A stretch of 64,000 bases of DNA from an uncultured Gemmatimonadota bacterium (GCA_964626665.1 CAZVGK010000018.1:1-64000), one strand, 5' to 3'. Positions 38,291 to 47,227 are shown, numbered from the stretch's first letter. The notes: a model not told the origin generated them from the letters alone. Translations and numbers: made by a program.

Positions 38291-38731
38291 TTAATCTGGA
38301 ATAGTCTCAGCCAATACCACTGCTGCTCCATTATCAGAAATCCCCCATACATTCATGACTGCATCGTTGTCAAAGTCAACAACAGCCGTAGCTGTTGCAC
38401 TATAGGTGGTTGCGGTTATGGCTCCAAGAGCAACTGTATATCTGGCCGGTCCGGCGGGAACAGCAGTAACCAAGGGCTGCTGGGCAAAACCGATATTGGC
38501 TAAAGTGGCGCCGAGGTAAGTATCATGTTCGTGGTAATATGCACGCATCAGATTGTGCACCTGCTTGAGCATAACAGGAGCCTCGGATTCTTTAGCTTTT
38601 CTCGCAGCTTCAAAATATCGCGGAATGGCAATGGTAGCCAAAACCCCAATTATGACAATTACAACCATCAACTCGATGAGGGTAAACCCCTCTTCTTTCC
38701 TATATGTCTTCAAATCAGCTCCTATCATCAT
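38291..38731 (-). CDS. Type IV pilin, paralog 2
   Basis: EG|FTLIELMVVIVIIGVLATIAIP. The likely start is TTG 38713, which follows AGGAG. Confidence 0.92.
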   Translation of the reverse strand: MMIGADLKTYRKEEGFTLIELMVVIVIIGVLATIAIPRYFEAARKAKESEAPVMLKQVHNLMRAYYHEHDTYLGATLANIGFAQQPLVTAVPAGPARYTVALGAITATTYSATATAVVDFDNDAVMNVWGISDNGAAVVLAETIPD

Positions 38732-38750
38732 CTAACACTAACTTCGGAGA

Positions 38751-38786
38751 AGGACAGGGGGACGATTTTTCATCGCCCCCCGCCTT
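38751..38786 (-). terminator. Hairpin/terminator between the two pilin genes
   Basis: GGGGACGAT-TTTTC-ATCGCCCCCC stem; weak U-tract. Confidence 0.5.
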
Positions 38787-38810
38787 TCAGCCGAAGCCAC
38801 CAGGTAGTGG

Positions 38811-39239
38811 TTAGTCTGGTATCGTGTTCGTCAAGGTGACGTTAGTTCCATTGTCTGCGATAGTCCAGACGTTCATGACTCCATCCCCGTCAAAATCAAC
38901 GACAGAGGTTGCTGTTGCCGCATAGGTGGTCGCAAGGGCGCTTGTAATAGCAATTGTATATCTGGCTGGCCCGGCAGGAGCAGCAGTAACCAAGGGCTGC
39001 TGGACAAAACCGATACCGGCTAAAGTGGCGCCGACATAGGTGTCACTTTCCTGATAGTAAGAACGCATCAATACGTGAACCTGCTTGAGCATTGTTTTTG
39101 CCTCGGACATTTTACTTTTGGTAGTAGCCGCCATAAACCTGGGAATGGCCAGAGCCGCAAGGATGCCAATGATGACCACCACGATCATCAGTTCGATGAG
39201 GGTGAAGCCCTTCTGGTTTCTCTGGAATTTGGAAAGCAT
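38811..39239 (-). CDS. pilA: Type IV major pilin, paralog 1
   Basis: KG|FTLIELMIVVVIIGILAALAIP. ATG 39239 follows AAGGAGG; sigma54 promoter upstream. Confidence 0.93.
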   Translation of the reverse strand: MLSKFQRNQKGFTLIELMIVVVIIGILAALAIPRFMAATTKSKMSEAKTMLKQVHVLMRSYYQESDTYVGATLAGIGFVQQPLVTAAPAGPARYTIAITSALATTYAATATSVVDFDGDGVMNVWTIADNGTNVTLTNTIPD

Positions 39240-39295
39240 CTTTTTCACCTCCTTTCATTTAGTTTCTCTTATCATTTTGACTTCCATATCTATTA

Positions 39296-39312
39296 AGCAA
39301 ACCCTATGCCAA
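39296..39312 (-). promoter_or_regulatory. sigma54 (-24/-12) promoter, proximal to pilA
   Basis: Minus strand TTGGCATAGGGTTTGCT = GG-N10-GC. Confidence 0.8.
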
Positions 39313-39497
39313 TTGAAATGCTGGTTTTTAACTCTAAGTTAATTAAAGAATTAAGGCCAACCGAAAATTCAAGGATAAGTTATTAAGTCATCTCAAAAGA
39401 AGTAAAATCCCTAAGAATTTGCAAAAAGCAATTTCTTGAGATGGTGTTGAAGTGAAAGCCGAGACACAAGCCCAATAGCCTGCCTCTTCCTTGAAAT

Positions 39498-39514
39498 CGC
39501 AAAAGATATGCCAA
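39498..39514 (-). promoter_or_regulatory. Second sigma54 (-24/-12) promoter
   Basis: Minus strand TTGGCATATCTTTTGCG = GG-N10-GC. Confidence 0.65.
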
Positions 39515-39638
39515 AGGCAGCTAACATTAGTAACCGGTTGATAATGCTTGAATTGGCTATTTTCTCATTTTTAAAAGGAGGTTTTAGGAAGGGTGGATAA
39601 GGTAGGCATTTTAAAAAGAAGAGAGAAGTTTGCAATAT

Positions 39639-40378
39639 TAAGGGGTCAAACCTTTAATTACTAATTTAGCGGTCAGACCCCCTTCCGAGCCGTCAGAACC
39701 CCTGTTCTGACGGCAAAAAAGCAGGTGGCAGAAGAGGGCTTCTGCCACCTCACTTCTACCGCACTTTAGTGCGGGTTCGGGCCCTTTAGGGCCCTCAAAG
39801 GTTACCCCGGCTAAGGTCATCATAAGGGGTCACATCATAAGGGGTCAAACCTCTAATTGCTAATTTAGCGGTCAGATCCCTTTCCCGAGCCGTCAGAACC
39901 CCTGTTCTACCAGCAAAAAATTAGGTGGCAGAAGAGGGCTTCTGCCACCTCACCTAAGAGAATGGGCTAAAGCCCTACGACCCCGGCTAAAGCCGGGTAG
40001 AAGAAGAACCACCTCGCTCTTTGTGGATGTTATCATCCACAAAGGGAGTCCTTCCGTCAGAGTCATAATCATCATAAGGGGTCAAACCTCTAATTGCTAA
40101 TTTAGCGGTCAGATCCCTTTCCCGAGCCGTCAGAACCCCTGTTCTACCAGCAAAAAAGAGGGTGGCCGAAGGGGGCTTCTGCCACCTCACCTATGGAATG
40201 GGCTAAAGCCCCTCAAAGGTTACCCCGGCTAAAGCCGGGTAGAAGAAAAACCCCCTCGCTCTTTGTGGATGTTATCATCCACAAAGGGAGTCCTTCCGTC
40301 AGGTCAGGAGCCCTGACGGCACAGAGAAAACCCTCAGCTAAAGCTGGGTAGAAGAAAAACTGGGTTCTGCCAGCTCTA
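39639..40378. repeat. Mosaic hairpin array A: three tandem units with a conserved head and variable tails
   Basis: TAAGGGGTCAAACCT(T/C)TAATT.CTAATTTAGCGGTCAGA.. heads at 39639, 39838 and 40075, each running to GGTGGC.GAAG.GGGCTTCTGCCACCTCAC. Confidence 0.92.
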
Positions 40379-40388
40379 CTGAAAATCC

Positions 40389-40417
40389 TTGACTTTTTTT
40401 CTTTCTTACCCTATCTT
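40389..40417 (+). promoter_or_regulatory. sigma70 promoter of the small two-gene cassette
   Basis: TTGACT-17 nt-TATCTT. Confidence 0.55.
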
Positions 40418-40442
40418 TACCAATGAAAAGGAGGTGGTCCTG

Positions 40443-40673
40443 GTGAAAGAAGAAAAGTTGTCCTTAGCAGAAATGAAGAAGAGATACAAAAATGAATGGC
40501 TACTCATCGCTAATTATGAAACCAATGATGCAAAGCAGGTGCAGAGGGGGATAGTTATAGCCCACAGTCCCCAAAGGGAAGTTATCTACAAGAAGATGAT
40601 GGAGATGAAAGGATCCGATCTGGCAATCGAATATACGGGAGAAATTGCCAAAGACGAAGTCTATATGCTATGA
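40443..40673 (+). CDS. Small DUF5678-like protein (putative antitoxin-type partner of a retropepsin-like protease)
   Basis: MKKRYKNEWLLI...GIVIAHSPQRE.IY...IEYTGEI. GTG start after AAGGAGG; AT-rich. Confidence 0.7.
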   Translation: MKEEKLSLAEMKKRYKNEWLLIANYETNDAKQVQRGIVIAHSPQREVIYKKMMEMKGSDLAIEYTGEIAKDEVYML

Positions 40674-40905
40674 TCCTCTGGCATCTGATAAGAAAATTAG
40701 GCTATTAACCGGAAGTGGCATTGAATACTGTCCGATTGTAAACATAGCCAAGATAGAGACAATTGGTAAAACCGTTCAAAACATTGATGTTGTTTGTCAT
40801 ACCCTTCCAAGTGAGAGCAAATTGGATGGTTTACTGGGATTGAATTTCCTCAAGAACTTTGACTTTTCCATAAAATTTTCCAAAGAAATGATTGAAGTTA
40901 TTTGA
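40668..40905 (+). pseudogene. 5'-truncated retropepsin-like (clan AA) aspartic protease
   Basis: YDP...LLTGSG...VVCHTLP...DGLLGLNFL matches the C-terminal half of the fold; the catalytic DTG half is absent. Confidence 0.7.
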
Positions 40906-40974
40906 TTAGTCTGAACCTTCTGATCTGACCATAGCAGAACAGGTGCTTTGCTATTTCAATTATGAAGATTTGGT

Positions 40975-41845
40975 GGAGGCAATTCACAAATTGCCCCCAT
41001 TCCTTGCTCTTTGTGGATGTTATCATTCACAAAGGGAGCCCTGCTGTCAGGAGGTAACTTCTGACAGCACTTGGGGAGGTGCCTTCTACCGCACTTTAGT
41101 GCAGGGTTAAGGGCCTTCAGGCCCTAAGAGGATGGGCTAAAGCCCCTCAGAGGTTACCCCGACTAAAGTCGGGTAGAAGAACCCTCCTTCGCTCTTTGTG
41201 GATGTTATCATCCACAAAGGGGGGGACCTTCCGTCAGGGCAGGAGCCCTGACGGCACAGAAGGGATTCTACCGCGCTTTAGCGCGGGCTACTATGGAGTA
41301 CGTCAACTCCTGTTGACGTATGCTGTGACAGGAGTCACAGCACTCCAAATGGACTACCCGCCCCGACACGGAACGGTTCGGGAAAGTCGGGTAGAAGAAG
41401 CACCCCCTCGCTCTTTGTGGATGTTATCATCCACAAAGGAAGTCCTGCTGTCAGGAGGTAACTCCTGACAGCACTTGGAAAGAGGGATCCTGCCGTCAGG
41501 GCAGGAGCCCTACCAGCACAGAACATTTAGAATTAAAGTGTGCTGTCAGGAGGTAACTCTTCCGCCAGGAATCCCGTCGGAACAGGGCTGACAGCACTTG
41601 GGGCACTTGGAAAGTCAGGAAACCTCTCCCAAGAAGGATAACGGACTGTGATAGGAGTCACAGCACTCCAAATGGGCTAAAGCCCCTCAGAGGTTACCCC
41701 GACTAAAGTCGGGTAGAAGAACCCTCCTTCGCTCTTTGTGGATGTTATCATCCACAAAGGAAGTCCTGCTGTCAGGAGGTAACTCCTGACAGCACTTGGA
41801 AAGGGGGACCCTCCGTCGGGGCAGGAGCCCTACCTGCACAGAGGG
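40975..41845. repeat. Mosaic hairpin array B
   Basis: Four CTTTGTGGATGTTATCAT(C/T)CACAAAG modules (~41009, 41193, 41413, 41734) interleaved with GCTGTCAGGAG.., CCGTCAGGGC.., CCGACTAAAGTCGG, CCGCACTTTAGTGC, GCTGTGAC.. and CGTCAAC.. hairpins. Confidence 0.92.
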
Positions 41846-41846
41846 T

Positions 41847-43430
41847 TTAGAATAATGACCTAAACCTGAGGAACTCCCGTTCCTCCAGCCTAAAAAGCCG
41901 GGCGAGAAAAAGATAGACCCCTAACCCAGCCAGAATTCCTGACCCGAAAACCAGAAGCTGAGGGAGAAGATGGGCCATTCCCACCTTCGCCTGGACGATC
42001 CTGTAGGCCCCCCAGGAGGCCCCACCGGCCAATAGGGAGGCCAAAAACATCCTTCCAAAGGAAGAGAAAATCCTTTTCCCATCTATATCCCCAATCTTCT
42101 TCTGCAGAAGCACAAGCAATCCACCAAGGTTTAACATAGCGGCCAGGGCAGTAGCCAGGGCCAGACCTCCGAGCTTTAAAAACTGCATCAGGATTACGCT
42201 CAGGACTATGTTTACCCCCATTGCCAGAGCTCCCACCTTAACCGGCGTCTTGGTATCCTTCAAGGAGTAGAAGGCCTGCACCACTACCTTCACCCCTCCA
42301 TAGGCAAAAAGACCTATCGAGTAGAAACCCAGAGCATAGGCAGTCAGCGGGGTGGAGAGCGCGGAGCTAAATGCCCCCCTCTGAAAGAGGAGCCTCACTA
42401 TGGGATAGCGCAAAGCTATGAGGAGAAACGAGGTAGGGAGGATGAAGAAGAAGATCCCCCTTAGGGAGCGGGAAAGGGTTTTGGTTAACTGTTTTATGTC
42501 CCCCTTAGCCGCTGAAGCCGACATAGCAGGGAGGGAGGCAGTGGCCAGGGAAACGCCAAAGATTCCCAAGGGAAGAAGCATTAGCCTGTTGCCATATTGG
42601 AGGGCTGCTACACTACCCGCTGGGAGGAGGGAGGCCAAAAATGTATCCACTAAGTAGTTGATCTCCGATACCCCAAGTCCAAATATCCCTGGGATCATCA
42701 GCTTTCCCACCCTACCAACCATCTCGTCCTTCCAGGGGAGGAGGGAAACAGGCTTAAAACCAACCTTAAAGAGGAGGGGAACCTGGATGAGAAATTGGAA
42801 GAGCCCGCCGATGAGTATCCCTATCCCCACCCAGAAAGCCTTTTCCGGCAGGCTATTCCCTAAGAGCCCCCCCAAAACAAGGGCTCCCATAATCCAGAAA
42901 ATGTTTAAGACCACCGGGGAAAGGGCAGGAACGAAGAAACGGCGGTGGGAATTGAGTATGCCCATAGCCAGGGCGGCCAATCCCACAAAGAAGAGATAGG
43001 GAAAGAGAAGCTGGGCTAACCTTACCGTCAGTCCTAACTTAATTGGATTAGATCTCCATCCCCAGACAAAGAGCTTTATATAAAGGGGAGCACCAAAGAC
43101 CCCCACGAGGACAAGGAGAGCCAATAGCAGGGAGAGATAAAACCCCACCGTAGTGGCCAACCCCCGGCTCCTTTTCTGATTCCCCTGGGATAAGACCTCG
43201 GTATAGGTGGGGACAAAGGCAGCACTAAGGGTTCCCTCCCCGAAGAGCCTGCGCAGCAGGTTGGGTATGCGGAAGGCCACCACAAAACAGTCGGCCACCA
43301 TACCGGTGCCAAAAAGCGAGGCCATCACCATCTCCCGCACCAATCCGAGGATCCGGCTGAGAAGGGTAGCTATCCCTATCCTGAAGGCTGGCCTGATAAC
43401 ATCCTGACCTGAAGAGGAGCCCCTCTCTAT
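41847..43430 (-). CDS. murJ: Lipid II flippase MurJ (MviN)
   Basis: SRILGLVRE, AFRIPNLLRRLFGEG, VDTFLAS, AFYSLKDTKTP. The conserved N-terminus lies upstream of the called TTG (43343); probable ATA start at 43430. Confidence 0.93.
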   Translation of the reverse strand: MERGSSSGQDVIRPAFRIGIATLLSRILGLVREMVMASLFGTGMVADCFVVAFRIPNLLRRLFGEGTLSAAFVPTYTEVLSQGNQKRSRGLATTVGFYLSLLLALLVLVGVFGAPLYIKLFVWGWRSNPIKLGLTVRLAQLLFPYLFFVGLAALAMGILNSHRRFFVPALSPVVLNIFWIMGALVLGGLLGNSLPEKAFWVGIGILIGGLFQFLIQVPLLFKVGFKPVSLLPWKDEMVGRVGKLMIPGIFGLGVSEINYLVDTFLASLLPAGSVAALQYGNRLMLLPLGIFGVSLATASLPAMSASAAKGDIKQLTKTLSRSLRGIFFFILPTSFLLIALRYPIVRLLFQRGAFSSALSTPLTAYALGFYSIGLFAYGGVKVVVQAFYSLKDTKTPVKVGALAMGVNIVLSVILMQFLKLGGLALATALAAMLNLGGLLVLLQKKIGDIDGKRIFSSFGRMFLASLLAGGASWGAYRIVQAKVGMAHLLPQLLVFGSGILAGLGVYLFLARLFRLEEREFLRFRSLF

Positions 43431-44785
43431 ATATCCACCTCCCCAAACTCCTTTAGCTTCTCGGTCACTAGCGATCTTATCTCCTCCAATCTGGCCTCTG
43501 ACTTGGCCTCGAACCTGAGCACCAAAACAGGTTGGGTATTGGAGGCCCGCACCAAGCCCCAGCCATCCCCAAAGAGAATCCTTACCCCATCTACGGTGAT
43601 CGTCCGGTATTTGGAGGAGAAATATCCCCTGGACTTCTGGGCTATCTCAAACTTCTCCTGATCATTCCTGCATTTGGCCCTTATTTCTGGGGTAGAGAAA
43701 TAGTGGGGGACGCTTTGCAACATCTGGGAGAGGGAGAGATCGGCTCCATCCATTATCTCCAGCAACCTACAGGTGGCATAGATGGCATCGTCGTAGCCGA
43801 AGTAGCGGTCGGCAAAAAACATATGGCCACTCATCTCCCCAGCTAATACGGCACCAGTTTCCCGCAGCTTCTCCTTGAGCAGGGAGTGGCCGGTCTTCCA
43901 CATTATTGGCTCCCCCCCCATCCTCTCTATCTCCTCCACCAGGGCCTGAGAGCATTTGACCTCGAAGATGATCTTTTCGCCTGGTTTTTTCTTCAGTATC
44001 TCCCGGGAAAAGAGGATGAGCAGATAGTCACCCCAGATTATCCTCCCCTTCTCGTCGATCACCCCAATCCTGTCGGCATCTCCATCATAGGCAATCCCCA
44101 CGTCTGCCCCCTCCCCCTTTACCTCCTTGATCAGGTCCGCCATATATTCCACCACCGTGGGATCTGGATGATGATGGGGAAAGTGGCCATCGGGCTCACA
44201 ATAAAGCTCGCTCACCTCACATCCCATATCCCGCAGAAGCCCGGGGGCGAAGATCCCCCCGGTTCCATTTCCCGCATCCACGACAACCTTTAACCTCTTT
44301 TTAAAGGAAAACTCCGCCCGCAACCTCTCCTGGTAAGGGCCGATGAGATCCTCCTTGGTTAGCTTACCCATACCTGAGGAAAACTGCGCCTTCTCTATAA
44401 TCTTCCTGACCTCCTGGATCTGTTCCCCGTAGATGGTGGCCTTTCCTACGGCCAGCTTAAACCCATTGAATTCAGGGGGATTGTGGCTCCCGGTAATCAT
44501 CACTCCTCCATCCACATTGAGGTGATATAAGCTGAAATACTGCACCGGGGTGGGAACTATCCCTATGTCCACCACATCCACCCCTGAGGAGAGCATCCCT
44601 CTGCTCAGGGCCTCCTTGAATTTGGGGGTGGAGAGCCTTACATCCCCTCCCAAGGATGCCCTCTTTCCCCCCTTTCCCCTGAGATAAGTGGCAAAACCCC
44701 TTCCCAACTCTTCTGCTACCTCCTCGGTCAGATCCTCATTCACTATACCTCTAATATCATACTCTCGAAAAATGTATGGGTTCAC
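43427..44785 (-). CDS. Phosphomannomutase/phosphoglucomutase
   Basis: IFREYDIRG, ITGSHNP, DGDADR, GEMSGH, RASNTQP. Confidence 0.95.
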   Translation of the reverse strand: MNPYIFREYDIRGIVNEDLTEEVAEELGRGFATYLRGKGGKRASLGGDVRLSTPKFKEALSRGMLSSGVDVVDIGIVPTPVQYFSLYHLNVDGGVMITGSHNPPEFNGFKLAVGKATIYGEQIQEVRKIIEKAQFSSGMGKLTKEDLIGPYQERLRAEFSFKKRLKVVVDAGNGTGGIFAPGLLRDMGCEVSELYCEPDGHFPHHHPDPTVVEYMADLIKEVKGEGADVGIAYDGDADRIGVIDEKGRIIWGDYLLILFSREILKKKPGEKIIFEVKCSQALVEEIERMGGEPIMWKTGHSLLKEKLRETGAVLAGEMSGHMFFADRYFGYDDAIYATCRLLEIMDGADLSLSQMLQSVPHYFSTPEIRAKCRNDQEKFEIAQKSRGYFSSKYRTITVDGVRILFGDGWGLVRASNTQPVLVLRFEAKSEARLEEIRSLVTEKLKEFGEVDI

Positions 44786-44932
44786 CCTCCCTCCTTTCTA
44801 ATAGTTTACCACGGACTGAAGAAGAAATGGTCAATAATCAATGACCAATTAAGAACTTAGCCGCCTGCGGCGGGGCTTTTTTGACAGGATAACAGGATTT
44901 ACCGGATTTTTATTCATCCCCGCTATTATTGT

Positions 44933-45118
44933 AAGAGCTGTCAGCCCCGTTCCGACGGGATTCCTGGCGGAAGAGGTAACTCCTGACAGCTACCTTTTGA
45001 TCGACATCAGGAGATGTCTCCCACCCACTAACTCGCTTAGATGTAACATTGGTGGACGAGTTTTATTTATCCTGATCATCCTGTTAATCCCGTCTAAAAA
45101 AGGAATTTCCTATGCTTT
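44933..45118. repeat. ~190-bp dispersed repeat (partner at 63720-63919)
   Basis: Near-identical GCTGTCAG[28-bp insert]GAGGTAACTCCTGACAGC..TTTTGATCGACATCAGGAGATGTCTCCCAC..ATCATCCTGT.AATCCCGTCTAAAAA..CCTATGCTTT. Confidence 0.9.
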
Positions 45119-45167
45119 CAGGTTATTACTCCGGCCACATTATAGTTTGCACATTGCTATTTCAAGT

Positions 45168-45357
45168 GTCATTGCGAGGAGTACTTCGCTTTGCTCAGCA
45201 CAGGCTCCGCGACGAAGCAATCTCGTAGTCTCAACAGGTATTCGGTGTCTTCAGATTGCTTCGCTGCGCTCGCCCCATTAGATATCGATGAGATCTTAGA
45301 GATCTCAGGAGAATCTGACATTGAGAGAGATTATTACCTAACGGGGCTCGCAATGAC
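45168..45357. repeat. GTCATTGCGAG...CTCGCAATGAC palindromic element carrying nested insertions
   Basis: Same ends and GAAGCAATCT/AGATTGCTTC inner stem as the uninterrupted copy at 55142-55228. Confidence 0.85.
45273..45346. mobile_element. 74-bp miniature inverted-repeat element (CCCCATTAGA...CCTAACGGGG)
   Basis: Imperfect TIR related to 3304-3370; CTCG direct repeat on both flanks (45269-45272, 45347-45350). Confidence 0.75.
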
Positions 45358-45498
45358 ATGCAATCTACTTTACGCTCCCAGTAGTAGTAGAGGTCAGAGA
45401 TCAGGAATAGCCAGCATAAGTTTCATTCTTAATTCTTAATTCTCAATTCTTAATTGCTTTTATCCGTGAAATTCCGTGGTGAACCGTCACCCTCCTCT

Positions 45499-46275
45499 CT
45501 AATAGTGGCCTAATAGCCCCCTCTTCCTGGCTATCCCCAAAAACAGTTTAAAGATCCAAAAACCGACCAGAAAATAAAATGCGGAGTTGATCAGCAGGAT
45601 GAGAAGGTCCCCAGAGGAAAGCAAAAGAATTGATCTCTTGTCCACCATTACCCCCCCGATTAGATCACTACCCAGGGATAGGGGGAGGGCCTTGAGCAAG
45701 GGCAGTTTGGAGATGGGAGCAGCAATAAGTCCTATAAAAACAAACTGAATGATCTGAAAAAAGGCTTGAATCTGCTTGAAAACCAGGGCCAGTCCCCCCA
45801 TCACAAATCCAATTCCGTAGACCCCGGCCAAGGAGAGGACTAAAAGGGGCGTAATGCTTAGAAGGTCCAAATGGAGATACCTTCCCGTGGTGACCATCAT
45901 CAGGGCCAAGATGGGAAGGACAAAAAGGAGGTTCAGAAAAAATGAGGCAATCACCCTGAAGATGCATACCCAACCAAATCCAAGGGGGGTCATATAGAGC
46001 TGTTCCAATGTCCCCATCTTGGCCTCATTCATTAACTCCCAGGAGAGGGTAGAGTAGGCGCTGATGGCAAAGGTCCACATCATAAACCCCACCACTATTC
46101 CATCTAAGGTATTCCCAAATTTGGGGCTTCCAGACCCCAAAGCCTTATAGCCCACGAAGACAACCAGGAAGATGAGATACAAGGCAATCAGCCCGGAGAG
46201 GAGGTTAAAAGGATACCTCTTTAACTCTATCCACTCGCGTATAAACATCGTCTTAAAGAGGGTTAACTTCTTCAT
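45499..46275 (-). CDS. ABC-2 type exporter permease
   Basis: About six TM helices; EAKMGTLEQLYMTP motif; overlaps the ATPase gene. Confidence 0.9.
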   Translation of the reverse strand: MKKLTLFKTMFIREWIELKRYPFNLLSGLIALYLIFLVVFVGYKALGSGSPKFGNTLDGIVVGFMMWTFAISAYSTLSWELMNEAKMGTLEQLYMTPLGFGWVCIFRVIASFFLNLLFVLPILALMMVTTGRYLHLDLLSITPLLVLSLAGVYGIGFVMGGLALVFKQIQAFFQIIQFVFIGLIAAPISKLPLLKALPLSLGSDLIGGVMVDKRSILLLSSGDLLILLINSAFYFLVGFWIFKLFLGIARKRGLLGHY

Positions 46276-47227
46276 TTTCTCCTCTGACTATCTTCAGAAA
46301 TATCTCCTCAAAGTCCGGCTCCTTGTGATCTATAGAACCGACTGCACAACCAAACCTTTTGAGAATATTCACCAAATCGTAGAACCTTTCCGCCGAGCTG
46401 AGCTCAACATCAATCTGGGCGTTTGTGCCATCCCTCCCTATTTTACATAGCCCAAACTCCCTCTCGATTTGAGACCTGGCTTCACTGGGTAGATCTCCCT
46501 CTAAGTTAAAGCGATAGGAACTGACCTTAAAAAGCTGCTGGAGACCCCTTACGGTATCATCGGTAATCACCTTACCGTTGTTGATGATGATCACCCTCTG
46601 GCAAAGGTCCTCTACCACCTTCATATCATGGCTGCTCAAGAAAATCGTCTTTCCAGTATCGGCAACTAAGTTTCTTATCAGTTCCCTCATCTCATAGGAT
46701 GATTCTACATCCAAACCCAAAGTGGGCTCATCCAAAAGCAGTAATTCGGTCCCCTTCACCAGGGAGCAGGCCAAGGCCAGCTTCTGCTGCATCCCGCGGG
46801 AGAGATACCTAGCCTGTGACCTCTCCTTCTCCTTGAGGCGAAATATGCGGAGCAACTCCTCGATATAAACCGCACTCTTCCGCTGAGGAATGCCCATCAT
46901 CCCGGCAAAGAAGGAGAGGTTCTCCCGTGGGGTCAACCTCCAGTAGACATTGCGGTTCCCCTCTAAAACCGCACTGAGCTTGCCCATCCCAAACTTTGGG
47001 TTCTTCACCGTATCAACTCCGTCTATCAGCACCCTCCCTGAGGTCGGCGTAATTAGCCCACAGAGACACTTAATGGTTGTCGTCTTCCCAGCCCCATTAG
47101 GGCCTAAGAGGCCCACTACTTCACCCCTACCAATGGAAAAGCCAATCCCATCCAAGGCCCTTACCTCAGGCTTCCCTTTCTGCCTATAGACTTTCGTCAA
47201 ACCCGCAACTTCTACCACCTGCTTCAA
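46253..47227 (-). CDS. ABC exporter ATP-binding protein
   Basis: GPNGAGKTT, LSRGMQQK, LLLDEPTLGLD, SSH. Confidence 0.95.
   Translation of the reverse strand: MKQVVEVAGLTKVYRQKGKPEVRALDGIGFSIGRGEVVGLLGPNGAGKTTTIKCLCGLITPTSGRVLIDGVDTVKNPKFGMGKLSAVLEGNRNVYWRLTPRENLSFFAGMMGIPQRKSAVYIEELLRIFRLKEKERSQARYLSRGMQQKLALACSLVKGTELLLLDEPTLGLDVESSYEMRELIRNLVADTGKTIFLSSHDMKVVEDLCQRVIIINNGKVITDDTVRGLQQLFKVSSYRFNLEGDLPSEARSQIEREFGLCKIGRDGTNAQIDVELSSAERFYDLVNILKRFGCAVGSIDHKEPDFEEIFLKIVRGENEEVNPL

Noticed and set aside
38291-39239. Geobacter-type conductive e-pilins
   Set aside because: These are full-length pilins that lack aromatics at positions 27 and 32 and have modest aromatic content. Conductivity cannot be inferred.
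39818-39847. CATCATAAGGGGTCA x2 as a target-site duplication
   Set aside because: The copies are directly adjacent with nothing between them; slippage or an assembly artefact is equally likely.
40389-40980. Integron cassette with attC
   Set aside because: No convincing RYYYAAC...GTTRRRY attC structure and no integrase in the window.
39411-41526. Short ORFs in the repeat arrays (e.g. 39638-39823, 39987-40190, 41196-41468, 41335-41526)
   Set aside because: They are translations of palindromic repeat DNA with no RBS or protein motifs.
39639-41845. CRISPR array
   Set aside because: Spacing is irregular (~200-320 bp), the intervening DNA is itself repeated hairpins rather than unique spacers, and there are no cas genes.
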